64,000 bases of DNA from Schizochytrium sp. TIO01 (GCA_004764695.1 SMSO01000037.1:3324747-3388746); one strand, 5' to 3'; numbered from the stretch's first letter, positions 11,688-24,141 are shown. A program made the numbers and translations. Notes: a model not told the origin generated them from the sequence alone.

Positions 11688-12731
11688 ATGAAAATTGTCC
11701 CAGATGAGGAGGTGCCAGCCATTGCGGTTGTTGACTTTGGCAACGTGTTGGCGACGCCAAAGTCTGTTCAAGCGCGCCGCAGCTCGGCAGGGACATCTTC
11801 TTCGGGGAAAAGTTTTGGGACATCTGCAGTGGATTCTGCGAAAGGACACATCAGCTTTGACAAAGATACTACCGTGCTTGCGGAGATTAGGCATGAAGAA
11901 GGAGAGACAGAAGAGAAACACTCCTCTCACTATGAACTTGAGGAGTCAGACAACATCGTGGATCTCTCTCCAGCAAGCCGAACATCCAAAGAGATTGTCT
12001 ATCTTGATGAAACAGAGTCGGCGTCCAGAATAGATTTCGACCCGGATAATACCTTGATCGTGAATACTGCAATGAGTGCTATTAAAACTCAAAACGAAGG
12101 ATCTTACAGCGACTCAGATATCAGCGAACGGTCTGACGATGACGATGGTGAAGGTTTTCTTAAACCTGTCCGCGCTCTTTCACCACATACTCCAGTTCGC
12201 TTTGTTTCTACAGCTGTGAAGGTGATCGAAAACGAATCATCGCGGATTGGTAGCTTTCGAACTTCATCACTCATCCTAGAAAGAAGCAATCGAACAGGAA
12301 CAGTACTGCAGCTCGGGGGAGGGCATACGGGTTCTCTTATTCTTGCACCCCGCTCACCTAGTGAGAATACGGGATTTGCATTTGGAGTTGACAAGTTTGG
12401 AAATCATATTGAAATTCCTAGAGACAGCCTTACGGGTGATTTGAATGGCTCATTGATTTTCCAGGGCCATCGTGGATCGGTTTCGTATGGCTCAGGGTCA
12501 CAACATTACAGTGGTCCAGGACAAAACAAAGCGGCAAGGTCCCTTAGCTTTGCTGATGAACGCGGTCAGGATTTGGCTAAGGTAACTGAGGTTCACGACA
12601 CACACTATCGATTACGAAATCATTTTTTTATTCGCTACATCGGAGCACGAGGCGCGACTCTCATCTTTGTTATTACCTTCTGTCTCTGTATTATAATTCC
12701 ACTTGTCATTTTTATTCTAAGGGGAAGTTAG
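11688..12731 (+). CDS. Ser-rich disordered protein with C-terminal TM anchor and PP1-docking-like motif
   Basis: 347 aa ORF. Contains RSLSFADERGQDLAKV and a C-terminal hydrophobic helix LIFVITFCLCIIIPLVIFIL followed by only RGS. Confidence 0.8.
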   Translation: MKIVPDEEVPAIAVVDFGNVLATPKSVQARRSSAGTSSSGKSFGTSAVDSAKGHISFDKDTTVLAEIRHEEGETEEKHSSHYELEESDNIVDLSPASRTSKEIVYLDETESASRIDFDPDNTLIVNTAMSAIKTQNEGSYSDSDISERSDDDDGEGFLKPVRALSPHTPVRFVSTAVKVIENESSRIGSFRTSSLILERSNRTGTVLQLGGGHTGSLILAPRSPSENTGFAFGVDKFGNHIEIPRDSLTGDLNGSLIFQGHRGSVSYGSGSQHYSGPGQNKAARSLSFADERGQDLAKVTEVHDTHYRLRNHFFIRYIGARGATLIFVITFCLCIIIPLVIFILRGS

Positions 12732-13283
12732 AATTTGCAGTGATTCCTTTTAGTAGCGAGTGACACATGACTCTTAAACATCGCGTCTCTTTCAAGAAAT
12801 TTACACATCTGGCCAAAACGCGCAAACGCCATGGCATTTACAAGGGAAGCAATGCTGTATACTACTAGTTTTGTCTCAGAAGAAGCAAGGCGAGGTCATC
12901 AATTTTGCAAACTTAGTGCTATTCATTCTCCATATTGAATGCATTGTTTGCTACTTACTGTCCATGGAGCAGGTCTGTGGATTAAACACCTAGAACAGCA
13001 AGACGAAATCATTTGCTCATTTATACAATGCATAATACACTTTTTGGCAGTATTAATTTTTAGATCAACGATGAGAGCGCTTAAATAGTATACATATTTT
13101 AATTTGAAAAAGAAAAAAAAGCACAAGGTGACCTACATTAAAAAAAATAAATCAGATTATGTAAATACGAAGTGAAATTGATTGCGGTTGTGTAAGGGTT
13201 AACCACCCCCCCCCCAAAAAAAAATATATATATATATATTCTAGAAAACAGTACTTATTTAATTTCTTTTTCAATATTTTATT

Positions 13284-16200
13284 CTAATTTCGCTCCGATG
13301 ATATTGAGATTGCACGAACAAGGTCATCTCTTGCCCCCAACACGATTGTGTTCTGACCTGGGACAACAGCAGGTGATGAAAATGACTCTGCTGGAAGCTC
13401 AAGCCACGCTTGCTCAGTACCATCACTTTTTGAAAGGGCAGTGACTCGGCCAGCAGTCGAGGTTACCACCACAAGGTCTGAAGTATCAAGTATTGCCACC
13501 TGGGTTGCGATAGCTGCGTCCACCTGGGTTTCCCAAATCAATGTCCCATCTTCAGAGTTCAAGGCTCGTGCGTAACGATCATGGCAAACCACATAGAGTT
13601 TCTCACCATCAAGCGTGGGAGCAGGGAATATTGGACCACCACAAACCCACGCCTGCCAATGCTCTTGACCATCATCAACGCTAAGGCAATGTACTGAGCC
13701 TTCAGCAGTTGAGACATAGACGCGACGTTGTTCTGACGACACCGATAAACCACCAAAAACAGGTCCGATAAGTTCGCAATGCCACTTTTGCTCAAAAGTC
13801 TCTTCGTCAAAACATGCAACCTCACCTGCGAGAGTTGCAACAAGAATCACACCGTCAAGATAAACTGCAGAGGAAGGTATGTTTCCTCCAAGTTTGAGCT
13901 CTTTCTTCACAGAAAATGTTTCAAGTGATATGCAAAGCAAGGTGGCGTCATAAGTTCCCACCCATATGCAAGACTCTGTGACTAATGGTGGCGACTTCAA
14001 GTGTGCAGTGTACTGATAGGTGCGCAGTATTTTCCCAGTGTCAGCGTCGAGCTCAACCAGACAGCCCGGGGCCTGGTTTTGGCATTTGCTTGATGCAATC
14101 CTTGGCGTTTCTACACCATCTACATCATTGGCAAGATAAGTAGATGCATAAATCAATGCTTTCCCGTCCTCATGCTCAGCAATAGCGACAGCTGCATGAA
14201 CACGCCCTGGGAGGCAAATCTGATGCCAGAGCACGTGGCCATTATCAAGCTGAATCGCAGCAAGATCTTGTCCATGCGATCCAACAAAAGCAACCTTCTT
14301 TGAAGCTTGAATGCGTGGTGCGGCATCAACACATCGGCCCAGCTTTGCTGTCCACAAAACCTGAGCATTCTTACAAAGGCTCCGGTTTAACAAAGAAGAG
14401 GTAGGGGCCATTTCTTGGTTATCACCCTCTAATCGAGGGCGCTTGACTTCAGGTACACCAGGAGATGTAGTGTTGGCAAGTAGTGGCTCCTTTCCAGCAA
14501 GAACATCACGGAGAGGTTGATCCCGAAGAAAACGCACTGCATCAACGTGTGCAAGGTTTTTCTGTCGAAGAGTCCATGAAAGATGCATCGCAAGAAGAGA
14601 ATCGCCACCCATACTAAGGAAAGATTTGTCGAGATCGACAGGTTCTGTGAGAGTCAAAATCTGCTTTACAATGTCTTCTACAGAGGCTGTAGATGAAGAT
14701 TGAGGCAGATCGTTTAATTTACTTTCATTGGTCGATCTATGTGCTCTGAAGCTTTGCGTAAGAGCGTTTCGATCAACTTTGCCAGAAGGCGTAAGCGGGA
14801 AACCGTCTTTTATCATGATAAACTCATTTGGCATGTGTTGGGATTGGCCTAGTTTTGCATGCACCTTTGAAAACATGTCTGCAGAGCTCAGATGACTTGT
14901 ACTGGCATTGCAATCGACAAAAGCAAGAAGTCGATCATTGATTACTTCCATGAGAACAGCGTTTGAAGACAAGTCAAGGGCATCAGTAACATCAACCTGA
15001 ACTTGGTCGAGCTGAATACGAATGCCGCGTAGCTTTCGCTGAGAATCAGCTCGGCCAACCCAAAAATAGTCACCTTCAGGGTTAAAAAAGCACAAGTCTC
15101 CGGTGCGAAAACGCTGGGGTCCAATGAACGCTTTCTCGGTAGCAGTTGGCAGATTTAGATAACCTTTAGCCACAGGGAGACCTTCGACTAAAAGCTCACC
15201 GATAGTATAAGGATCTTGGATAAGTTCGGCAACCGTCCCGTCAGCTGCCGAGCTTTGCAGAAACATCTTGGTATTTTTTATTGGCTTTCCAATGGGCATT
15301 GGTTCAACATTAAGAGAACCTGTGAACGCGTGTGAATCACTGCAATCGAGGTTCGTGAGATCAACGTAACTGGCATCTGCAGCAGTCTCTGTGCTACCGT
15401 ACAATGACAGTAGACGAATGTCGATGTTAGATCCTTTCCAGCGTTGAAATTCTCTCACTAGAGGTAAATGTACTGGCGCACCACTTATGCTGACAAGTTT
15501 GAGTTCATCCCATACAGGGACGTATTCCATGATAAAGGACAGCTGGGATGGTAACCAGTGCATCCGCGTGACTTTGGCGTGCCGCGCAGCAAGTGCAGTC
15601 TTTACCGCGTCCACGCGGTCATCAGACGGTGGGACGACGAGAGGAATACCAGCGAGAAGAGGTGCAAGAATTTCAGCGAGAGCATCAATGAAGATTAATG
15701 GTGTTCTTCTCAGGCATCGGGCACCATGCTCTGCGAAGGGCAACGTTTCATGCTGCCATTCAATACGATTAAGCAGTCCTGCTGCGGTGCCCTGGACGCC
15801 TTTGCCTCGACCTTCGCTAGTGGATCCTGAAGTGAAGAGAACATAAGCAACTTCTGGAAAGTCAGTTATCTCCTCGGGTGCAGATATTGACATGATGGCT
15901 TCGTTGAGGTTTAGGGAACCATCTTTTTGGAGTAAAGTGCAGCGGTAGAGACCGAGCTGAGCGAGTTGAAGAATATTTGGAGCTTCATCATTTTCAGCTA
16001 CAAGAAGGGCAGCTTTGGGTCTAGTCTGACGTACGGCGAGTGCCATGCGCTCATGCAGCGCTGGATCTTGCGGATCTCCACAGCATACGAATATTGCGCC
16101 AATACGAAGACACGCGAGGATTGAGGTGATTTGGGCTCCAACATCAGTATCACCAATGGCCACCAACACATGGTCTCCAGGGCGCACGCCATGTCTCGAG

Positions 16201-16439
16201 TATAATTGCGCAGCTATATCCTGTGTCCATGCTTGGATCTCGGCAAAACCCACACTATTGAGTAGTTGCTCTTGTTGCTGGTTCTGTTCTTCCTGGAGTT
16301 GCTTGTCTGCGCTTAAGTTTTGCCGAGTTTCTTCACTCTTCTCAGTTTCGAGGCGGCTTTGCACCAAAATTAACGCGTCCTCGTCCCCGAAGAAGGTACA
16401 CGTTCTCTCGAAGAGCGCGATGAGCTCTTGGGCCGCCAT
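13284..16439 (-). CDS. AASDH: AASDH/ACSF4-like stand-alone NRPS-type enzyme (adenylation - carrier - PQQ-like beta-propeller)
   Basis: A-domain motifs YVLFTSGST, LYGSTET, FRTGD, GRADSQRKLRGIRIQL, PLTPSGKVDR. Carrier motif FLSMGGDSL. C-terminal W-containing PQQ-type propeller repeats (CVDAAP, VFVGSH, ESFSSP, LGARDD). First ATG at 16439 (ccaacATGGCG). Confidence 0.9.
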   Translation of the reverse strand: MAAQELIALFERTCTFFGDEDALILVQSRLETEKSEETRQNLSADKQLQEEQNQQQEQLLNSVGFAEIQAWTQDIAAQLYSRHGVRPGDHVLVAIGDTDVGAQITSILACLRIGAIFVCCGDPQDPALHERMALAVRQTRPKAALLVAENDEAPNILQLAQLGLYRCTLLQKDGSLNLNEAIMSISAPEEITDFPEVAYVLFTSGSTSEGRGKGVQGTAAGLLNRIEWQHETLPFAEHGARCLRRTPLIFIDALAEILAPLLAGIPLVVPPSDDRVDAVKTALAARHAKVTRMHWLPSQLSFIMEYVPVWDELKLVSISGAPVHLPLVREFQRWKGSNIDIRLLSLYGSTETAADASYVDLTNLDCSDSHAFTGSLNVEPMPIGKPIKNTKMFLQSSAADGTVAELIQDPYTIGELLVEGLPVAKGYLNLPTATEKAFIGPQRFRTGDLCFFNPEGDYFWVGRADSQRKLRGIRIQLDQVQVDVTDALDLSSNAVLMEVINDRLLAFVDCNASTSHLSSADMFSKVHAKLGQSQHMPNEFIMIKDGFPLTPSGKVDRNALTQSFRAHRSTNESKLNDLPQSSSTASVEDIVKQILTLTEPVDLDKSFLSMGGDSLLAMHLSWTLRQKNLAHVDAVRFLRDQPLRDVLAGKEPLLANTTSPGVPEVKRPRLEGDNQEMAPTSSLLNRSLCKNAQVLWTAKLGRCVDAAPRIQASKKVAFVGSHGQDLAAIQLDNGHVLWHQICLPGRVHAAVAIAEHEDGKALIYASTYLANDVDGVETPRIASSKCQNQAPGCLVELDADTGKILRTYQYTAHLKSPPLVTESCIWVGTYDATLLCISLETFSVKKELKLGGNIPSSAVYLDGVILVATLAGEVACFDEETFEQKWHCELIGPVFGGLSVSSEQRRVYVSTAEGSVHCLSVDDGQEHWQAWVCGGPIFPAPTLDGEKLYVVCHDRYARALNSEDGTLIWETQVDAAIATQVAILDTSDLVVVTSTAGRVTALSKSDGTEQAWLELPAESFSSPAVVPGQNTIVLGARDDLVRAISISSERN

Positions 16440-16675
16440 GTTGGCAGGTACTTGGACCACCCGCTCGACTTCTCGTCTCCAGAAGGCTCCGACTGCGATC
16501 TCTGCATAAGCGGGTTGTCCGAGCTCACCTCGAGGCTTTCTGGATCAGGGCCAGTCAGGACCAGAGTTGCTGCCAGAGGCGACCTGGCCGGCGAGGATGT
16601 CGCGGGGGCCTCAGTATCCGCTCTGGATTTGCTGCCCTTTTTGGAGGCAGCCTTCTTGAAGAGCGCAGACGGCAT
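16370..16675 (-). CDS. Possible 101-aa upstream ORF overlapping the AASDH start in another frame
   Basis: ATG at 16675: MPSALFKKAASKKGSKSRAD...GTRTR*. It is GC-rich and preceded by a pyrimidine tract ending in CAG (acceptor-like). Confidence 0.35.
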   Translation of the reverse strand: MPSALFKKAASKKGSKSRADTEAPATSSPARSPLAATLVLTGPDPESLEVSSDNPLMQRSQSEPSGDEKSSGWSKYLPTWRPKSSSRSSRERVPSSGTRTR

Positions 16676-19600
16676 CCTTTTGCTCAAAAAACCTGTGGAC
16701 ACAGCGAAAGTAATGCAAACAGGAAAATGGAAAAGCCAAAGAGAATCTAACGTAGAACGAGAACCCAGAAGACAAGCAAGCGTGCAGAAGAAGCCAGTAG
16801 TTCCAGGTGCGATGAGTTCACGCAGCGAGGAGGAGATTGACGCCTCTAGGTTATTTTCGTGCTGTCTGTGGCGATTTGGTTTTGCCAACTTGATGTGGTC
16901 GAGGGTACCTTGGGTTCGTGCACAATTACTTTCTGTTGTGGATTTGCAGAACTATGTTTCTCACAAATGACATGATATGATTTTTTCTTTTTCTCTATTC
17001 TTTTTTCTTTTTTCTTTATTCTTTTCACTGGAAGACTTAGAGTCCTCTTTTGGGTGTAGGTACCTATTGCCCAGTCGTTCAGTTCTTTCTAACACCAAGT
17101 TTCGTCGTCTTCACAGGCTGGTGGCTTATTAGTCAACTTCGCACCGAGGCAGCTCAAGTAGTGGAGAAGTTGCGAGCCTTATAACCGCAGTAACGAAGAG
17201 TTAGGTTGATTGGCTTCATAGAGAAAAGAAAAGAAATTTATATATTCCTTTTGTTATTTTAAAAAAATTAAAAAATTAAAATACACATATTTCCACGAAT
17301 CCCACGATCGAATTGATATCAACATGAATGGATGGATGGATTCCATCCTTTTTATTCGCTTCCATTTCTACATCGAGTAATTTCTTGGTTTAGTAGGTTA
17401 TGTAAGAATGTCGTGCTTATCAGACTCTGATCAAGACACTGATAGCATATGCTAACCTGCTTCTGCTTTTACTTTTCCGGTGTTGGAATATTGCTTGTTT
17501 GATATTCTAAGAGTTGTGGCGTCTTTCTCATTTCTCTGATCACTGTTGCGCAACAGCATTTCCAGCTCCATTGTTTTTTGTTTCACTCCCTAATGGTATG
17601 CAGTAGTCCAAACGTGTTCTTTGGCCAGGCCAAATATCTTGACTTGTCACTGCATGTGCTCGATGATCATGGTATTGTGTTCTTGGCCCACATTTCTTCA
17701 CGTTTCCAAGATTTATGCTAAAATCCATTCAATCTATATCAAAACTTCACTCGTTCTAGCATCTCTTGGGTTAGACTGCAGCCATGAGTGCGTACTTCTG
17801 CAGGACGGAATGTTCGATGCAGCTGAGCGCCTCTGCTGCAGCAACTGCTGCGATCGAAAACCTTTCGGTTTTCATTGGTTCATTCAGATTGATCGATTCA
17901 TTTTTTCAACATTTTGTTTTGACTATGTCTATCCATAGTTGTTTCTTTCTATAAAAGAAAAAGAAAAGGAAAAAATCAATTGTAGAACGATTGATCCATT
18001 GGGGCTTCAGAAATGGGCGCAAGCCCACCCGCCAACTTTGAGTGGCTCGTCTGTTGGTTGTGCGCACTTGTCCGTCACCTATGCTTACTAGTCACTTTCC
18101 CTCAACCTGTTTGTTTGCAAGGCTCCGGTTTTGCTCTAGGGGAGCAGGACAACGCGGGGCGTCGAGTCCTCCGTATGGTTGTGCACGTGCTGATGTGTAA
18201 AAATAAATTTAATTAAAAAACACAAAGAATAAAAACTTAAACTGATGGCAGACGCCGATGAGTTTACTTAATACGCGCATCTCGAAAGAAAGGGCTCCTA
18301 TAAGTATGTTTCGGCTAGCTGTAGTGCTTGATTGGTGCTGGCCTGCTTGCTCGGTGCCTCAGGGCCTCAGTCCGAGGCGCCGAAGGAATCCTTTTCAGGA
18401 TCCTTCTTTTTTACAACTGAATAAAATGTGGCGAAGTCGTGCACGTGCACATTTCTATAATCGTAATACCACTTAAGCTCATCTCGCACTTGCATGAAAT
18501 CACTCAACAACCTTGCGACGCAAAAGGCGGCCCATTTTAGATAGGTACCTGAACCTCCATCCCTCTGAAGACGGTGGCAGCGACAGCGTCAAGATGAATG
18601 AGAACGCTAACTTCAACGAAGCTTTGGAGAATAAAAAGTTATAGGCCTATGGGCGCAGGTTGTAACTTGAAGTGCTTGCTTGCTTGGCTACCAAGAAAAG
18701 GAAAAAATGAAACACAGAAACCAGCTGTTCTGCCAGTTCCCATGAGTTCGCCTCCCGTTGCCAATTACACTTAGCCAGGTTGACGGAATATTTTAAGCGA
18801 GACGAAGACAATTTTTTACTAGATCTTCATCAGATCCCTTCTCCTGAGCTTGAACGAAATATATTGCAAGACTTCAACAATCATTTCCATGGAAAAGCGT
18901 CTCCGCCAGCACATTGATATACCCACGAAGAACCTGAACCCGAAGGAGTGGTCGCCAATAAGCCAACCAACCACTGCCGCGCAGCCAGGCTGGCCACCCT
19001 CGCTCATCTGCTCGCAGATTCCACGTTTCCACAAGCTGGGCAACCATTCATTGATTGTATGAGGGATGAAACCATTCAACTTCTACAAAGTGCTGCAGCT
19101 TCCAGTTGAACTACTGCTGCGGTCAATTCAGGCTCAAAGCTGGAAACTCGCTTGCAAGGCCCATTTTAAGAGCATCAAGACATGATCTCCGCCAACTGGT
19201 TGGATTGAGTTGGACGGGAAACCAAGTATTTGCCAACAACGTCAAAGAAGCAAAGCATACAATTCCACAAGCGTTTTCCCATTGCGGAAACACAGAAATG
19301 GGATCTTGAGTCTTCAGGCATCCAAACGCTTTCATCATGACCTATACCTAGTTTGCTTCAAATGTTTGTGTTGTCGATGTATACGCGAGCACCGTCCGCA
19401 CCTGCAGGTTCTTAGATGCGCGCAGGAATGGCTATCTATTTGTTTGGGCCAACGATTGGACCAGGCCTATATTGTTGGAGCGTCTAAAGGTTCGATCTTT
19501 AGCATTTATTTAAATATTTCTGCGGTTGCAAATCTTGCGAATATGTGCCGTGAATATGGATTGCTCATTTCTGAACCGCATGTAAGGCCTTTGCAATCAT

Positions 19601-22126
19601 GCCGGCAAGCTTAATTCTCAACCTTTCAAGCCTTGCTGACAGCCATTATTGAAGGTCTCCGCGGCAAACTACGTTCCCCGATAACTTCAAAATGTGGAAG
19701 GTTTTGCTTCCTTTTGGTGATACTATGCAGAATTGGTATCTCTCTCGGTGGATATTCTTTCAACAATCGAATAGAATCGGTGGATGCTTTGTGGTGAGAA
19801 TCGACAGCACCTATTAGTAGGTACTAGTACCTAGTAGTATCTCTAAGTCGTGCATGTGCCTCTAGAGTATAATGATGTTGATTATCGCGATTGCTACTTG
19901 TAAATCAGAGGTAATCTACATTCTTCTCTTCAAGTTGTTAGCAGTAGTGAAGATATGCAAAATCACCTCTGCCACTTGTTAAGAAATCCATGCCTTTGCG
20001 AATAATATGAAACCTAGAAAATAGTACCAGCTAACAGCATGGTAGCTTGACATGCACTGGCGAAGAAATGAAGGTGACGTTTAGAAGTTTAGAAATGAGT
20101 GGGCGGAGGAAAGCAAATGACTGGTATCTAGATATCTTCACCCACCATGGGGGCGGCGTTCGACTTGCTTTGAACTCAGAAAAGGTCCGGGACGAGAAGA
20201 CGCTCAATTGGTAATATCTTACCATGTGTTTTCTCCAAAGAGAACACGGATTGCTTCCACTTGAGCATCTGCAGCTAACTTGTTAGCCATTAAAGACGAA
20301 GAAAATCTCAGCGGAACTTTGAAGTAAAGTATGAGTTGTTAAATCAAGGAGGTAACTAATTGTCTGCTAGTACGTATTTATAAGATGTATTTCCCTAGAG
20401 TCCTAAAGGCCATTTGCAAAGACCAGTTGGCTTAATGCATGTTCTTTGAGGTACTATCTGCTTATTAGGCTGTGCCAAGTTGAAGAGAGTTAAAGATGAG
20501 AAAATGGTTTGCGTAAACCGGAGGGTGCAAAACACTGACGTTTCGAGTAATATTGTACTTTGAAATCATTCTAGCGCCTTATTTTGCGGAAGAGAGGCCT
20601 GCATCACTTTATCACTTTGAGTCATTTGTATTTGCTTCGCATTAGTTACAAATGAAGCTGAATAATTGCAGTATATGTCCATTATGTCTGATCGAAACCC
20701 TCCATTTGAAGACCACCCATCCATCTATATATTCCTTCATCTAGGAAAAGTCTTTGTAAATTCATCAAGCAGATAGCGTTGGTACCTCTATATTTAGCGT
20801 TGTTGATTTGCAGAAAGTAGTTTATCTGATATTTGGTTGTGGGACAGTCTCTATTCACAACAATTCCGAAGTACACCATAATATAGAACTTTGATAATTC
20901 GTAGACCTAATCGATGTACTGTGTATACCATACTATTGTCGCGCGTATTGTTCAAGATTAAGTCTGATGCTTTGTTCTGGGATTACCAAACACACCATAC
21001 TTATTTACCTAAGCATGAACATAGTATTCCCCCCCGCCAATTCACAGAAACAGCGCCGAAGTAATCATGAACAAAGCCGTGAATAAAAGCAATATTTTAG
21101 CAAGGGAGAGATCGATTTAATCAATAATCAAGTACCTATAGAGCTTTCTTTTATATTGAGTGTTGATAAAACACCACGGAGGGTTGATGTCCTCAAGTTT
21201 GCTGGCACAAGGAGCATGCGCAAGGTGTGCGATACTCTAGGTTTCCCACTACTGTTAATGGTAGTAGCGTAGTAGTACTCTACCTCCCAAGGTGAGGCGG
21301 GCTTCAGTGAAGTACTACCTACTGTGAGACGCGAATTATATTCGGTGCATTTGCAGTTTGCTATCTATTGAGTTAAATTCATCGAGATGTCCATCTATGT
21401 GCGTAGATGGGCAAATTGCTTTTGGATTGCAATGGGTTTTCATTTGAAAATCCGTCCACGAATCTGCTCAATTAGACTGAGCAGTGATATCCTTAACAAT
21501 AACAATTAATTCTAGTGGCGTCCGTGCGGAAGCATTAACATAGATGAAAGCTATGATTCTGCAATTTCGCAGCACTTTAATCTGCTGCACGTTGCGCATG
21601 ACTCATCCTGCCGGTGGCATGATACGAACTTAAGTTCTTGAAAGTCTTGAGGACCCCGTACTTCCCAGGTGATTTTGGAATACCCAAATCAGTTGGTTGC
21701 CAGTTATACTTCACAAATGAACTGCATATGGGAAATGATGAAGTTCCCAGCTTGCACTGTTCGTGCTGGTCAAGCAGCCTGAGCGAAGCAGAAGTTTTAC
21801 TACATTCGTAAATGCTGGCGTGACTAATGCTACGTTGACTACACCGTAAATTCTTCTGCCAGTGTCAATCAATCGAGCACAGACGGCTCTAATAAAAGAG
21901 AACGCTGATATTGAGGTGTGATTTCTGAGACTTGAATAAACTCCAAAGTGTAAACACACTAGTGCGCACAAGGTCCTCCATACCATGATCAACATCATAC
22001 ATAGACTATCCTGCAGCAGACCCCGAATGCCCAGAGAATCGATTCAAGCAAAGGGATTAGGACAAGTCAAAGTCCTTGATCTGGCTACTTGGATACTTGC
22101 GTTGTTTCGGTGCAATCATTGTCCAG

Positions 22127-22825
22127 ATGGGCTTGTTGCGACGCTACCTGGAGGGTTCCGATGGGATGTCAACTACATCAACATCCGTCAACGAAGGTGG
22201 CGTCTCGAGCTCTACAACGACCTCTTCCACAGGCGAAGGTGATTACAGTGCATGGACTTCGTTCGCTAATAAGCCTTATTTCTACCCTGTAGTGATTGGC
22301 GTTGCAGCAGTTCTCATCATAGGCTTTGGAATCGCCCTAGGAAAGTGGTTTCGCCGAAGCGCCTCCTCAACAACGGGAAATAGCCAAGGTTCTTGTAGTA
22401 CTTTTCCATGGTTTTTCAACAAGGCATCTTCAAAAGACGATAAGGGAATGTCCTCCTTTGAGAGCTTTGAAAGCACATCTTCTGTGGTGTCTGTACCTGG
22501 AGCTTCTGCTTCACCTAGCGAATGTGATATGAGGATTTTCGGTAAGAAACATGGTGATGATTCGTCTGTGAAGACATCTGCATCTGATCAAAAGTTGAAG
22601 AGGTCTAAGAAGCCACCAAAGCAAAAGATGACAAACAAGAAGAAGAACAGCGCATCTGCAGCTTCGTCTCGAATTTCTGAAGTGGAGTATTCTATGGATC
22701 GCATTCATGGTGAAGTGCTGAGCGATGAGAGTGAGGATGATGACACCGATCTGCATCTTCAATATCAAAATAGTTTGGGTCGTCGGCCACAAGTTGAAGA
22801 TATTGTAAATGGTCGCGTAATATGA
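22127..22825 (+). CDS. Single-pass membrane protein, Ser/Thr-rich, hypothetical
   Basis: S/T-rich N-terminal segment, TM YFYPVVIGVAAVLIIGFGIALG followed by KWFRR, then a charged tail. ATG 22127 follows TCCAG, so an upstream exon is possible. Confidence 0.7.
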   Translation: MGLLRRYLEGSDGMSTTSTSVNEGGVSSSTTTSSTGEGDYSAWTSFANKPYFYPVVIGVAAVLIIGFGIALGKWFRRSASSTTGNSQGSCSTFPWFFNKASSKDDKGMSSFESFESTSSVVSVPGASASPSECDMRIFGKKHGDDSSVKTSASDQKLKRSKKPPKQKMTNKKKNSASAASSRISEVEYSMDRIHGEVLSDESEDDDTDLHLQYQNSLGRRPQVEDIVNGRVI

Positions 22826-24110
22826 GTTCACCTTGTTCAGAATCTAATAATCTCGATCGAGCCGCTTGGAGCGCTCAAAGGGAGGTGTCATCCTCAAAGG
22901 GGGCAACATTCGTACTCTGAAATGCAGCTCAATTCCCGTTGAGAATCTACCAGGTACAACTTATTATCATAGTTTTCTAAAGATTACCTTCATTCAATGA
23001 CTTTTTCTCCAAATTAAGAAAGGCATCTCCGCGACGCTGCATAGATCGTCTGCCTTTGGTTCATAGATCCCACTGTTTCTCTGTGCGGAAGTTTTGGAAT
23101 CATATTCGCTGGAATACAGTTATCAAAGTAGGTATATGCTTCCCACCAAGCAACCTTAAGAACGCCTTCAATTCATGAATTCCAACGATGAAAGCCTTTT
23201 GACAAACAGTTGTTGATGGATTTCTGCGAGTTTGTAAGAATATCAGAGAATGAACAAACAGAACACTATCATTGATACTTTGAACAAAGAAGTTTTTTGC
23301 TTGCGACAAATTTCGATCTTCAAGCAATGCAGACCACAGCTACGGCAAAGTTCGGCGGGGTTTGTTTTAAGGAACCCGATGAGTCCGGTTCCGCCCGGAA
23401 CAATACCGAAAACTAAGCGCCACCGTCTGTTGCCTTCATTTTGTTTGTTCCTCATGATCTCGTGCTCTTTCCGTACAAACCATGATGCTTGGAATGTCAA
23501 TGCCAACGACCTTCGTTTGCTCTGCCTGCAAAACTTATTAGTGCACCTGCTCTGTGTATTACAATTTCGTGCAGAGCAGATGGCATCATATTTGCGAGCG
23601 ATAAAGACAGTTTACTCAATTCCAAAGAGCCTGCATAAGCAGACGAGTAGCGCTGTGGAGAAGAACAACTCCAAGATCAGTGATCATGTGGCATTGCGAT
23701 CTTTCAGTTTCGGCAGAGACTGCTGCAAATAACTTTATCTACAAACCCATGAGAACCATGGAATGCAGATAGGTTGTAGTAGGTAGGTGCTTTTGCACAG
23801 AATCTTCAATGGGCATGATCTCAACTAAAGCCATTGAATTACTTTTTATTACTTTATCTGTCACTCGATCAAACAAACAATCGATCTATCGATCAAATAT
23901 ATAGGCTATATTATTAAACGAAATTAAAAAAACTATTATTACAAAAAATAAACAAATAGAATCTAGGGGCGCTAAAATCTTTCTAAAATAATAATTCAAT
24001 AGCTAGTGCTTCTAACTAACAACTGCTAACCAGCTCTCTGTAGGGATTCTGTGGCCCTGCTCCTGTCGCGAACGCATCAATGGAAAGTTAACAGGTACGT
24101 ATCTCCTGCA

Positions 24111-24141
<31 letters not shown>

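Noticed and set aside
19818-19833. Perfect 16-bp palindrome TAGGTACTAGTACCTA
   Set aside because: It is isolated, lies in low-complexity TAG/CTA-rich sequence, and has no associated element ends or target duplication.
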